A DNA stretch of 42,406 bases, taken from assembly GCA_021790215.1 (NCBI GenBank), contig JAJYIG010000003.1, positions 1 to 42,406 of the forward strand, read 5' to 3'. Numbering within the stretch: the first letter of the stretch is position 1; each line of letters begins with the position of its first letter. Of the stretch, positions 9,525 to 18,554 are shown one piece after another. The translations under genes and the position numbers were made by a program. The notes under the pieces are model-generated. The model did not search any database and had not been told where the DNA came from. It saw only the letters and a list, made by a program, of their open reading frames with translations. The DNA is from a bacterium (lineage in GTDB: Bacteria; Patescibacteriota; Microgenomatia; UBA8517).

Positions 9525-10829
9525 CTAATGTGCTCTAAGTGAAGTTATGTTCCCATTCTGGACGAATAGAGGAAAGTTAAAAAGATTAAATAGCTCCCGT
9601 TTTTCTTCTATATTTTTATTTGTTATTACATATCTCGCATAATCTCGTATATCCCAAATTCTTGAGTTTGGATTAATATCTTGTTGGAGAAAAATTGCCT
9701 CTCTCATTCTTTTGAATTCGTTTAGACCCTCTTGAATTTTATCTGTTAAGACTAACTCATGAGAATGGGCAATATACATAAAATTGATAAGTTTCAGCAA
9801 GCTTCTTTCTAATTCTTCTTCAGAAATGTACGGTTCCTTACAAGTGTGATCAATTTGCCTCGAGCAGTGATAGTAAATATGATATCTAGGCTCCTTATTT
9901 AATCTTTCTCTATATCTATCTTCTCCAACAATACTTGCTTTACAATTCGCACATTTGAGCAATCCCCTATATGTAAAGGTCTTTGATCCCCATTTAGATT
10001 TTTTGGGAACTACTAATTTTTTCTGAACTTTATCGAATATTTCTTTTGTGATCAAAGGCGGGTAGGATCCTTTGTACCAATTTCCGCTTTTTAACGGAAA
10101 TTCAAACTCTCCGTAATAAAACGGGTTTCTTAACATTAAATATATCTGACTAAGGCTAACCGGAATACCTGATTTGTTAGAAAATTTTATTTCGTCTAAC
10201 CATTTTTTGATCTTTCTACCACTTGCATTTTCTTCAATAACTTTTGTGAACATTTGGGTAATAATTGGGCTTCTTTCCGGATCAAGTATTACGTCTTTTA
10301 TGCCATTAAAACTTCTATTCATATATCCAATTGGGCTAGGCCCCGGTCGCCATCCCATCTCGCATTTTGCCCTGATTCCTCGTTTTACATTTATTCCTTT
10401 TTGGTCATTCTCGAGTTTTGCCTGGGAGCAAAGAATCATTAAAAGAAACTTCTCATTGGGATTATTTGAAAACATTTGTGAGAAAGTTCTAATTTGTAAA
10501 AGCTTTCCCTGATCCATTAAGTCGACTAAATTTCCCAAATCGCCAGCGTTACGTGACAATCTATCTGGTGCCCATGTAAGAATTCCGTTAAATCTTTTTT
10601 CTCGGATGTCGCTAAGGAGTTTCATGAACATCGGGCGTTGTCCTGAATCTTTTGCCGAGTGGCTTTCCTGTAGAATTTCAGTTACCTTCAAACCTTCTTT
10701 AATCGCAAGAGCCTGCATCTCCTTTAATTGGCTATCAATACTCATTACTTGCCGTTCGTCACTTTCTGATGACTTTCTTGCATACAAACAATAGTTTATA
10801 GGTTGTTCTAAGGGTAGGGTTGTTTCCAT
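9525..10829 (-). CDS. Large serine recombinase (resolvase + recombinase + Zn ribbon)
   Basis: YARKSS catalytic Ser, DRLSRN, recombinase domain (PIGY, LRNPFYYG), CANC...YHCS...C zinc ribbon. Confidence 0.95.
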   Translation of the reverse strand: METTLPLEQPINYCLYARKSSESDERQVMSIDSQLKEMQALAIKEGLKVTEILQESHSAKDSGQRPMFMKLLSDIREKRFNGILTWAPDRLSRNAGDLGNLVDLMDQGKLLQIRTFSQMFSNNPNEKFLLMILCSQAKLENDQKGINVKRGIRAKCEMGWRPGPSPIGYMNRSFNGIKDVILDPERSPIITQMFTKVIEENASGRKIKKWLDEIKFSNKSGIPVSLSQIYLMLRNPFYYGEFEFPLKSGNWYKGSYPPLITKEIFDKVQKKLVVPKKSKWGSKTFTYRGLLKCANCKASIVGEDRYRERLNKEPRYHIYYHCSRQIDHTCKEPYISEEELERSLLKLINFMYIAHSHELVLTDKIQEGLNEFKRMREAIFLQQDINPNSRIWDIRDYARYVITNKNIEEKRELFNLFNFPLFVQNGNITSLRAH

Positions 10830-10866
10830 CAGGATGGAGAGTACCGCAAAAATTGTAAAAGTCTAG
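10796..10866. repeat. Recombinase-start site, copy R1 (promoter plus first 11 codons; dyad TCCATC-AG-GATGGA)
   Basis: 61/71 ungapped identity to 14347-14417; exact 39-bp core 10804-10842 = 14355-14393. Confidence 0.93.
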
Positions 10867-10875
10867 AGGTATAGC

Positions 10876-13512
10876 CTAAGTATTAGTTCTTTTCAGTAGT
10901 CGGGCAGAGTTTAGAAAAACAGCGACATCAGGGAATGATTGGGCGGCAGCTGCAAATACTGGAGGTAAAAATCCGATTGAGGCTAATCCCATTCCTACAA
11001 TATCAAAACCTATTCCTAAGGCGATATTTTGTTTAATCGTGCTAAAGGTTTTCTTGGCAATAGCAATTGCTTCCGGGAGTTGATTCCAATCATCTCCCAT
11101 CAGCACCACATCGGCGGCTTCTAGGGCAATATCAGTACCGGCTGCACCCATACCGATGCCCACATCGGCCTGTGAAAGTGAAGGTGCGTCATTTACTCCG
11201 TCACCCACCATTGCTACTTTGTACCCTCGTTCTTGTAAATCTTTTACCACCTGAATTTTGTCTTCAGGTAATAATTCCGCCTGACAATCAATGCCTAAAG
11301 CAGATGCCACTGTTTGAGCAGAGTGTTTATTATCTCCGGTCAGCATGATGATCTTTTTAAACCCGAGTTTCTTTAGTGTTTCTATCGCCGGTTTCACTTC
11401 GTTACGGATAATATCAGTGATTGCCAACAAACCCAAAACACCCTCTTTTCTATTGGCTAAGATCAAGACGGTTTTTCCTTGTTTCTCAGATGCTTCAATC
11501 AGGTCTTTTGTTTTAAAGTTGATGGTAATACCCTGTTCATGGAGCAATTTTTGATTACCCAAATAATGGGTTTGCTTTTTAATACTGGCGATCACCCCTT
11601 TACCGGCAAGAGTCGAAAACTTGTCCGGTTCGGATAGATGTACAGCCAACTCAGCCGCCTTATCAAGCACGGATTTAGCCAAAACATGCTCTGAATACCG
11701 TTCCACTGATGCAGCAATCGAAAGGATGTCATCGCTTGTCAAATTAGAAACAGAAATAATATCGGTTACCTGCGGTCTGCCAAAGGTTAAGGTGCCGGTC
11801 TTGTCCACCAATAGCACATTTACTTTAGCTAACAGTTCCAGATAACGACCACCTTTAATGAGAATCCCTTGCTTGGCCGCTCTACCTGTTGCCGCTACCA
11901 CAGCCATAGGAGTCGATAAGGCCACGGCACAGGGACAAGCTACTACCAGTACGGCAATTGTTGCAGATAAGTTTCTGGTGAATAAATATGTCGCGGTGGC
12001 AACTAGGATTACCAAAGGCAAGTAATAACCGCTAAACCGGTCAGCAAACTTTTGAATAGGTGCCTTATTTGTTTCAGCCTCTTCAACCAGATGAATAATT
12101 TTACCCAAAGTAGTATCGGCTCCTACCCGGTTTACCTTGATCTCCAAATGACCTGATTGATTCATTGTGGAAGCAAAAACCTGACTTCCCAGTTCAATCC
12201 GAACAGGTGTAGATTCGCCGGTAATTGTCGCCTGGTCCACCGCACTGACCCCTCGGGAGACAATACCGTCAACAGGAATTCTCTCACCGGGTTTAACCAC
12301 TATCGTGTCTCCAACGATAATATCTGTAATATTGACTTCAACTTCCTTACCTCCTTTTTTAATCCACGCCGTGGTGGGAGCCAATTTAATAAGTTCATTG
12401 ATTGCTTGGCGGGAACGGTCAACAGTAAAACTTTCCAAAAAATGAGCAATGCGCACAAAAAATACAATTAATAATGCGGCAGATAGCTCATGTGAGACGG
12501 AAGCCGCGGTTATACCCACAGTCATGATCAAATCGGTATTGACCTCCTTGTGTAGTAGGTTTTGCAGGGCACTTTTAAAAATCGGATAGCCTCCAACTAA
12601 AACAGCACCAATCAAAAGCCAGTTCGGAATGGGAACAAGTACAGCCTCAAGAATACCAAGTCGTTCAAAGACAATTTCGACTAACAAAAGAACGGCTAAA
12701 AAACCAACAAAAGCAAAAGTAATGATGCCGTCAATCTTGATTCCCTGGGTTTTTGCATCGTTTACCACCTTAAGCCCTGAGCGTTGAATCAACTGTTTAA
12801 TATCAGCCAGCGAAATTATATTTTCGTCATAAGTCAGAGATACTTTTTCAGCAGTAAAAAGAAAGTTATAAGTACTGATACCCGTCTGTGTTTTAAGCAC
12901 TTTCTCCAAAGGAAGAGCGCATTCAGGGCAATCTAATCCTTTCACTTTTAGACTTATCTCTTTTATCGCTTGAGTCTTTGCCGTTGAGTCGATAGTTAGC
13001 CCTGCAACATTTTCAGTCGATTGACGGCTACACTGTCCTTCAGCACACGTATTACAGTTATTATCTTTTCTAATTCGATAAAAACCATATATAACAGAAA
13101 GCAAGGTTAAACCGGCAATAATTGGTTTGGTAACACCCAAAAACGAGACTCCAAATATCCCGGCATAGATAGCCAGCATGGGTGATCCGCAGCAGCCAAT
13201 TAAAAAACAGCCGGCAATCGATAAAATGGAAACCAAGGACAGTCCACCAAAAACGCCTTTCAGATTGCCAGGAGAGGAACGGCGACGGTCTAGATAATTA
13301 ATAAAGGTAAATGTCATAAATGCCGTAGCCAAAGCATAGGAAAAGCCAAGGAAATAGTCCCTTTGATCAAAATATCCTTGAATAATTAGTGGAATCTGGC
13401 TGTTATCGACCACCCAGGGAGAAAAAAGTGTTTTGCTTAATATTCGAAAGCCAAAGTGGAGAACAAAAACGGCTATAAATACGACAAATGGGAGGTAATG
13501 TCTAAATTTCAT
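10876..13512 (-). CDS. Heavy-metal P1B-type ATPase with extra N-terminal Cys-rich membrane domain
   Basis: GLDCPEC HMA, TGES, CPC, DKTGT, GDGVNDAP; N-terminal ~170 aa with TMs, GCCGSP and CNTCAEGQC. Confidence 0.92.
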   Translation of the reverse strand: MKFRHYLPFVVFIAVFVLHFGFRILSKTLFSPWVVDNSQIPLIIQGYFDQRDYFLGFSYALATAFMTFTFINYLDRRRSSPGNLKGVFGGLSLVSILSIAGCFLIGCCGSPMLAIYAGIFGVSFLGVTKPIIAGLTLLSVIYGFYRIRKDNNCNTCAEGQCSRQSTENVAGLTIDSTAKTQAIKEISLKVKGLDCPECALPLEKVLKTQTGISTYNFLFTAEKVSLTYDENIISLADIKQLIQRSGLKVVNDAKTQGIKIDGIITFAFVGFLAVLLLVEIVFERLGILEAVLVPIPNWLLIGAVLVGGYPIFKSALQNLLHKEVNTDLIMTVGITAASVSHELSAALLIVFFVRIAHFLESFTVDRSRQAINELIKLAPTTAWIKKGGKEVEVNITDIIVGDTIVVKPGERIPVDGIVSRGVSAVDQATITGESTPVRIELGSQVFASTMNQSGHLEIKVNRVGADTTLGKIIHLVEEAETNKAPIQKFADRFSGYYLPLVILVATATYLFTRNLSATIAVLVVACPCAVALSTPMAVVAATGRAAKQGILIKGGRYLELLAKVNVLLVDKTGTLTFGRPQVTDIISVSNLTSDDILSIAASVERYSEHVLAKSVLDKAAELAVHLSEPDKFSTLAGKGVIASIKKQTHYLGNQKLLHEQGITINFKTKDLIEASEKQGKTVLILANRKEGVLGLLAITDIIRNEVKPAIETLKKLGFKKIIMLTGDNKHSAQTVASALGIDCQAELLPEDKIQVVKDLQERGYKVAMVGDGVNDAPSLSQADVGIGMGAAGTDIALEAADVVLMGDDWNQLPEAIAIAKKTFSTIKQNIALGIGFDIVGMGLASIGFLPPVFAAAAQSFPDVAVFLNSARLLKRTNT

Positions 13513-13931
13513 TGGGGTTTGAGCTGTGAGGCCTTAATTATTAACTTACCCGAGCCGTCACGGAACACTGTGCCTGAAACTTGGACAAAATCTTTAACAT
13601 TGGGTAGGGTTCCTGAGTAACTTACCGGAATCTGATTGATGGCGCAAGTGACTACCCCGCAATTGGCAAATTCCTTGTTATCAATAATCACCAGTGTTTG
13701 GCTTTCCGGATAAACAAAGGAAACTACCCCTCTAAGATTTATTGATTTATCAAGGTATTGGTTGACATTGTCTGCCATAGTATTAACGTCTAGGACGGTT
13801 CCTGAATTTATTTGGCTAAGGTTGTTCGTACTATTTGTTGCTTTGATCAGCGTTTCGTATTTGACGATTAAGCCAACTCCAATAAGCAGCATTATTATTA
13901 AAACGATAGATAAATATTTTGTTGATTTCAT
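13509..13931 (-). CDS. Membrane-anchored OB-fold-like protein with CxxxxC
   Basis: N-terminal TM, LRGVV...V.VSG.V pattern, CGVVTC; stop overlaps ATPase start; start set to ATG 13931. Confidence 0.7.
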   Translation of the reverse strand: MKSTKYLSIVLIIMLLIGVGLIVKYETLIKATNSTNNLSQINSGTVLDVNTMADNVNQYLDKSINLRGVVSFVYPESQTLVIIDNKEFANCGVVTCAINQIPVSYSGTLPNVKDFVQVSGTVFRDGSGKLIIKASQLKPQ

Positions 13932-13936
13932 AATTT

Positions 13937-14266
13937 TTAGTATCTGGTACACTCAAAAATATTATTGGCGGTCAACTTCAAGATACTTTGCCCGAGTTTT
14001 ATCAGTTCGGCGATTTTTTCATCCACCAAACAATAAAAAACCTGTCTGCCGTCTTGTCTGCTTTGAACTAAGCCGCACTCCTTAAGACAACTTAGGTGGG
14101 CTGAAACATTTGGTTGTGACAAACCCGTAACTTCAACTACCTCATTCACTGACTTTTCTTTGTCGATTAAGGATTTAAGAATTGCCAAACGGGAACTGTC
14201 GGCAAAACCGTTAAAAAGACGGGCTTCTAGTTGGATAGTGTTTTGATTGGTGATATTACGACTCAT
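13937..14266 (-). CDS. ArsR/SmtB-family repressor (CmtR/CadC-like)
   Basis: ADSSRLAIL, SQPNVSAHLSCLKECGLV, GRQVFY, C-terminal Cys; start set to ATG 14266. Confidence 0.92.
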   Translation of the reverse strand: MSRNITNQNTIQLEARLFNGFADSSRLAILKSLIDKEKSVNEVVEVTGLSQPNVSAHLSCLKECGLVQSRQDGRQVFYCLVDEKIAELIKLGQSILKLTANNIFECTRY

Positions 14267-14320
14267 ATATATAATCGTGTAATTATATATCAATATATTA
14301 ATATTTTTTCAGATTGTCAA
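14267..14320 (-). promoter_or_regulatory. Sigma70 promoter and ArsR-type operator
   Basis: Minus-strand TTGACA(14320-14315)-N17-TATATT(14297-14292); 9-6-9 inverted repeat ATATATAAT-N6-ATTATATAT at 14267-14290. Confidence 0.7.
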
Positions 14321-14346
14321 TAACACTACATTTTATAAGTATTATG

Positions 14347-14417
14347 TTATGGGCTGTTCTAAGGGTAGGGTTGTTTCCATCAGGATGGAGAGTGCCGTAA
14401 GGATAGATGAAGTCTAG
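14347..14417. repeat. Recombinase-start site, copy R2 (encodes stub METTLPLEQPIT*)
   Basis: Direct repeat of 10796-10866; minus-strand ATG at 14380 gives 11 residues identical to the recombinase N-terminus, then T and stop. Confidence 0.93.
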
Positions 14418-14441
14418 TCACAAGAACAAAACTTATCATAG

Positions 14442-15950
14442 TTACCAGTTATCATCACTGTTGAAAGACAGTGAACGACTAATGCTTTCGTACGGGCCGA
14501 TACAAGGTACGAAATATACGTCAATACCCGGGGTGCTGGCCACTTCTAAGATTTTTAATAGAAGAAGTGAAAAAGCATCTGCCAAATCATCATGCCTTTC
14601 GATTCCGAATCCTGTTAACTGATTTATTAATTCTTCAGCGCCGTATCTTGGAAACCAAACTTTTCCTTGTTGAATTATATGAGTAACTAAAGCGAGTCTG
14701 GTTCTTTTGTCCTGGCCATGAATTTGGACTCCCTCGACGAGAATACTTTTGCTACTCAGATAATCAATGAAGGCTTTTTGATAACCGACCTCTTCGATAA
14801 ATAACTTCGTTTGTTCCCCATTTACTACAGTTTTTGAAAGTGAAATAGCAACATCAACCGTTGTCGGAAAATCCATCCTTTTATTTATAGGGTTTGGTAG
14901 GATATACACACCCAACTTTTCTCCCCGACCAAACATATATGCAGAAACCATTGCGGTGTAATCTGCCGATTCTCTTTCAGAGATAGCAAGATCAATTCCT
15001 ACTGCTGCAAATTCAAAATCATCTGCATCTGGGGAAGGGAGATTATCATAAAATTTAATCCACTCACGTTTAACAAGTCTATCCTCGTCTGAAATAATTT
15101 TGAGTAAATATTCACGATAGAAAGCTGACTCCTGCAAAAATGTTTTCTTTAGTTTTTCGACATCTTCCATGGTGGGGTATTTGGCGGGCCACAAAATATT
15201 TTTACCGTCATCAATAAGGGGATATTCAAAAAATTCTCCCGATAATCTTCCCTCATAGATAGATTTTTTAAATCTCATAATTAAACTGTCCTCGTGAAGA
15301 AGATTTCCGATTACCAAGGTCTTTGTATTTTTATCTCCTACTGGAACAATTTCGGCGTTAAACCATGTATTGGTTCGGTCCCGTCCCTCTTTGGTTTTAA
15401 CGCTGTTTATATCTTCAATATCATCACAAATGATTAGATCGGGTCTATATTGTTCATGCCTTATCCCGCGGATACTTTGTTCGGTAGAAACAGCCGCAAT
15501 CCTTGCTCCGAACTTTGGGATTACAATTGAGTTGGATCCCCACTCGTCTTCCGGTGATTCAAATGGCCCGATATCGGCCTTAAGTAAGTCGTTACTTTCC
15601 AGTTCCCGCTTTATATTTTCCAAGTGCAGTTTTGCCTGCGCTTGGGTTTGGCTGACAATTAATACAAACTTTTTTTGCTGAATTCCTACGATTGACCAAA
15701 TCACATAGGAAAGAGTGACCAGAGTTGACTTTGCCGATCCGCGAAACGCCACAAGAACGGCGAACTCAACATTTTCTTCAGTCAATTTAAATATCTCATG
15801 ATGGAATGGTGCAAACTCACAGTTTATGTAGTGGGGTAGATAAAGTGAGAAAAACCAATAATGGCTTTTCCTGGCAAGAGCACGCCTGATTTTTCTGTCT
15901 CTCCTGATCTTATTCAACTCTTCCTGACCGAGTTGTGGAAAATAAGTCAT
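14442..15950 (-). CDS. Phage-type terminase large subunit
   Basis: Walker A AFRGSAKST, RGIR, Walker B IICDDIED, RNase-H nuclease GIDLA ... HDDLADA. Confidence 0.9.
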   Translation of the reverse strand: MTYFPQLGQEELNKIRRDRKIRRALARKSHYWFFSLYLPHYINCEFAPFHHEIFKLTEENVEFAVLVAFRGSAKSTLVTLSYVIWSIVGIQQKKFVLIVSQTQAQAKLHLENIKRELESNDLLKADIGPFESPEDEWGSNSIVIPKFGARIAAVSTEQSIRGIRHEQYRPDLIICDDIEDINSVKTKEGRDRTNTWFNAEIVPVGDKNTKTLVIGNLLHEDSLIMRFKKSIYEGRLSGEFFEYPLIDDGKNILWPAKYPTMEDVEKLKKTFLQESAFYREYLLKIISDEDRLVKREWIKFYDNLPSPDADDFEFAAVGIDLAISERESADYTAMVSAYMFGRGEKLGVYILPNPINKRMDFPTTVDVAISLSKTVVNGEQTKLFIEEVGYQKAFIDYLSSKSILVEGVQIHGQDKRTRLALVTHIIQQGKVWFPRYGAEELINQLTGFGIERHDDLADAFSLLLLKILEVASTPGIDVYFVPCIGPYESISRSLSFNSDDNW

Positions 15951-16369
15951 TTTTGCCCCTCCTTTTCTACTGCCGGAATTAGTGAAGCCAGCTGTAAGGC
16001 TTTTGTCACCAACGCTTCCTGTTCAGGGGTTAATGTTTCGTTTTGATTCTTTAAATTCGCTGTAACTTCAACCTTGGTTGCATAAGCTTGATGGTGGTGC
16101 TTTAACCAGAAAATAATAGCTGTCATGTTTTGATCCTTTATGGCCGTCAGGAGCTGGCTCTCCGCCATATCATTCACTAGAGCAGACCCTGCTTCCAGGG
16201 CCAACTCCGCTTCTTTTGCAAACTTTTCGTCATTTATTTTCCATCTGTAATATGTAGCCCTGGCTATCCCGATTTTTCTGCATGCAACCTCAACTACGGG
16301 AGTCTCCTTTAATTTTTCCAGTAAATCTTTCTTCTGAATTGATTGTCTTTTGATAATTGTATTTGTCAT
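15947..16369 (-). CDS. HTH protein, probable terminase small subunit
   Basis: ACRKIGIARATYYRW HTH, TAIIFWLK motif, ATGA overlaps with both neighbours. Confidence 0.75.
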   Translation of the reverse strand: MTNTIIKRQSIQKKDLLEKLKETPVVEVACRKIGIARATYYRWKINDEKFAKEAELALEAGSALVNDMAESQLLTAIKDQNMTAIIFWLKHHHQAYATKVEVTANLKNQNETLTPEQEALVTKALQLASLIPAVEKEGQK

Positions 16370-17715
16370 TGCATTTTTACGGCTTTTAGCCCGGTCAGGT
16401 TCTCCCATCTTTTTTTAATGACCTCAGCGTAAACCGGCGACTTTTCCATCACATAACATCTTCTATGCATCTTTTCGGCCGCAATTAGGGTACTACCGGA
16501 ACCGCCAAAAGGTTCAATTATTAAATCATTCCTTTTAGTTAGAACTTTTATATAGGGGATAAGTATTTCAATCGGTTTAGTTCCAAAAATTATTCCCTGT
16601 CCAGAACTTTTTTCATCTGATGCCTTATATTCAATAAAATCAGTCGGACAGTATTTCTTCCCTTTCTCATAACTTTCCCATGTTGGTTTACCGGATGTAG
16701 CGTAAAGTGCGGTCTCATATTCCTCTTGAAGTAGGGGTTCACCCTCAGGATCTTTATTCAGATTTATATTTCCTGAGGTTCCCAGCATAGCGAAATCGTA
16801 TTTATTAAAAAACTTATATTTTGCCGCAAATCCCTGCATTCTGTTTGGTAGATGCCAGATAATCGTGTTTCGATATTTCCAATGTTTTTCTAACTCATTC
16901 CAAATAGTTCTTAAGTTCTTCGGATTTTCATAAACAATAATTGAAAAATTCGGTTTTTGGATTTTGGAAACGTTTTCCATCCATTTTTCCGTAAAATCAG
17001 GTGGTAGAACATCGGTCTCCAAATATCTTCGATCCCTTTTGGCCCCGAATCCTGTAATGGCTCCGTTATATTTTTTCTTTCCATGTAGGTAATCCAAGAT
17101 GTAGGGTGGATCGGTGAAACACATGTCTGCTTTTTCATTACCCACTAGTTTCAACACATCAGCTTCAACTGTGGAGTCACCGCACATCAATCTCGAATCC
17201 CCAAGCAAATAGATATCACCTTTTTGAAAATCGATCTTGTTTATATCCAGTTTTTTGAGCTCCTTTTCCAAATCAAATTGTTCAGGTGTTGAATCGATTT
17301 CAAATATTTCGTCAAGGTCTTCTGAAGAAAATCCGACCACCGAAAGAAAGTCTTCGTCAAATTTGGCAAGAAGTTCCCAATCCCACTCTCCGACATTTTT
17401 ATTGAGCCTCAAATTTAACTCCTTTTCCTTCTCAATATCCGGAATGTTTACATAAACTACGGGTATTTCTTTAAATCCCAGGTCTTTAGTAACTTTTAAT
17501 CTAAAATGCCCACCAATAACAACATTCAACCTATTCGGGGCTTTGTTTACTATTATCGGATCCACCAATCCGAATTTTTTGATGCTTGAGGATAATCCGT
17601 TAATTGCCTCAGTTGACCACTTTCTGGGATTATATTCAGCAAATTTAAGCTCTTGTATGTCAACATCTACGATTTTCAGCTTGTCAGATACTGTTTCCAT
17701 AAGCATCTGAAGCAT
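16366..17715 (-). CDS. ParB/Srx-like domain fused to N6/N4 DNA methyltransferase (beta order)
   Basis: YNPRK..SIKKFGLVDPII..GGHFR ParB-like part; TDPPY followed by PFGGSGST; exact start uncertain (17715/17706/17700). Confidence 0.9.
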   Translation of the reverse strand: MLQMLMETVSDKLKIVDVDIQELKFAEYNPRKWSTEAINGLSSSIKKFGLVDPIIVNKAPNRLNVVIGGHFRLKVTKDLGFKEIPVVYVNIPDIEKEKELNLRLNKNVGEWDWELLAKFDEDFLSVVGFSSEDLDEIFEIDSTPEQFDLEKELKKLDINKIDFQKGDIYLLGDSRLMCGDSTVEADVLKLVGNEKADMCFTDPPYILDYLHGKKKYNGAITGFGAKRDRRYLETDVLPPDFTEKWMENVSKIQKPNFSIIVYENPKNLRTIWNELEKHWKYRNTIIWHLPNRMQGFAAKYKFFNKYDFAMLGTSGNINLNKDPEGEPLLQEEYETALYATSGKPTWESYEKGKKYCPTDFIEYKASDEKSSGQGIIFGTKPIEILIPYIKVLTKRNDLIIEPFGGSGSTLIAAEKMHRRCYVMEKSPVYAEVIKKRWENLTGLKAVKMQ

Positions 17716-17758
17716 AAAACACCGAAAATCTTATTAAAACGGGAACGGACGGGGAAAA

Positions 17759-18340
17759 TTAATTCGGAAGCTTTGAAATTCCTAACAATCTGTAGCCTTT
17801 TTGCTTCTCTCTGTATAAATCAATCTGTAATCCCGAGTCTCTCAGGGCATCTTTAAGATCCCTTCGTACATATCCTATTCCTTTCATCGGGTTCATAAGA
17901 TCAAGTTCTCTAATCGCTTCAGCATCAGACACATAATTCTCACCATCCGTTAAAAGTAGCTTCAAAAGCTTTCCGTGCTTGGAATTGGTTGTAACAGTAT
18001 CAACCGGCTGGCTCTTAAAAAAGAATCTGCCCTCAACCGATACTGAGAGATCGGTAATACCGCCAATACTGATAACTTCCGCCTCCTGCACGTATGTATC
18101 GGGTTCAAAATTTATTGCAAGCGGATTTATTGCAAGTATTAGACTTTTGGCCAAGCTTATTTGCATTTCCCTCAAACTTTTTGCAAACTCTGCAAATGAC
18201 GGGGTGAGTGCGCTTCGGATTGCCTCGGCACATTGCCTGGCTACCGCATTCTGCATCTCCATCAATTGATTACTAAGCCCCAGTGAAAAATTCATCATCG
18301 GATTTGGATATGCCGCAAGCGTGTTTGACTCTGATTTCAT
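17759..18340 (-). CDS. Hypothetical protein with C-terminal winged-HTH-like domain
   Basis: KLLKLLL....YVS....I.E...RRDLKD.L.......KGYRL resembles OmpR-type wHTH; TAGAAT 6 nt before ATG. Confidence 0.6.
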   Translation of the reverse strand: MKSESNTLAAYPNPMMNFSLGLSNQLMEMQNAVARQCAEAIRSALTPSFAEFAKSLREMQISLAKSLILAINPLAINFEPDTYVQEAEVISIGGITDLSVSVEGRFFFKSQPVDTVTTNSKHGKLLKLLLTDGENYVSDAEAIRELDLMNPMKGIGYVRRDLKDALRDSGLQIDLYREKQKGYRLLGISKLPN

Positions 18341-18554
18341 ACTTATATTCTATCAGGCCACGCAAGATAGAATTTCTAATATCACACACTATATGATGCG
18401 AGGCTAAAAGTGCTAAAATTGGCCAGAATGGCAAAAGATTATTCTACTTGGTTACCAAGTTTATCTAATTCTCTAAAGAAAACGAAGAATTTTTCAAAAA
18501 ATATGCCAAAAAACCTTTAATGAAAATTAAATTCGTTAATCCGAGTACTACAAA

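Larger units (their letters stand above)
10867..14346 (-). mobile_element. Three-gene heavy-metal cassette between direct repeats R1 and R2
   Basis: ATPase stop lies 9 bp from R1; arsR -35 lies 26 bp from R2; cassette interrupts the terminase-recombinase gene order. Confidence 0.75.

Noticed and set aside
14442-17715. Complete prophage
   Set aside because: No recognisable portal, capsid, tail, lysis or replication genes within the boundaries
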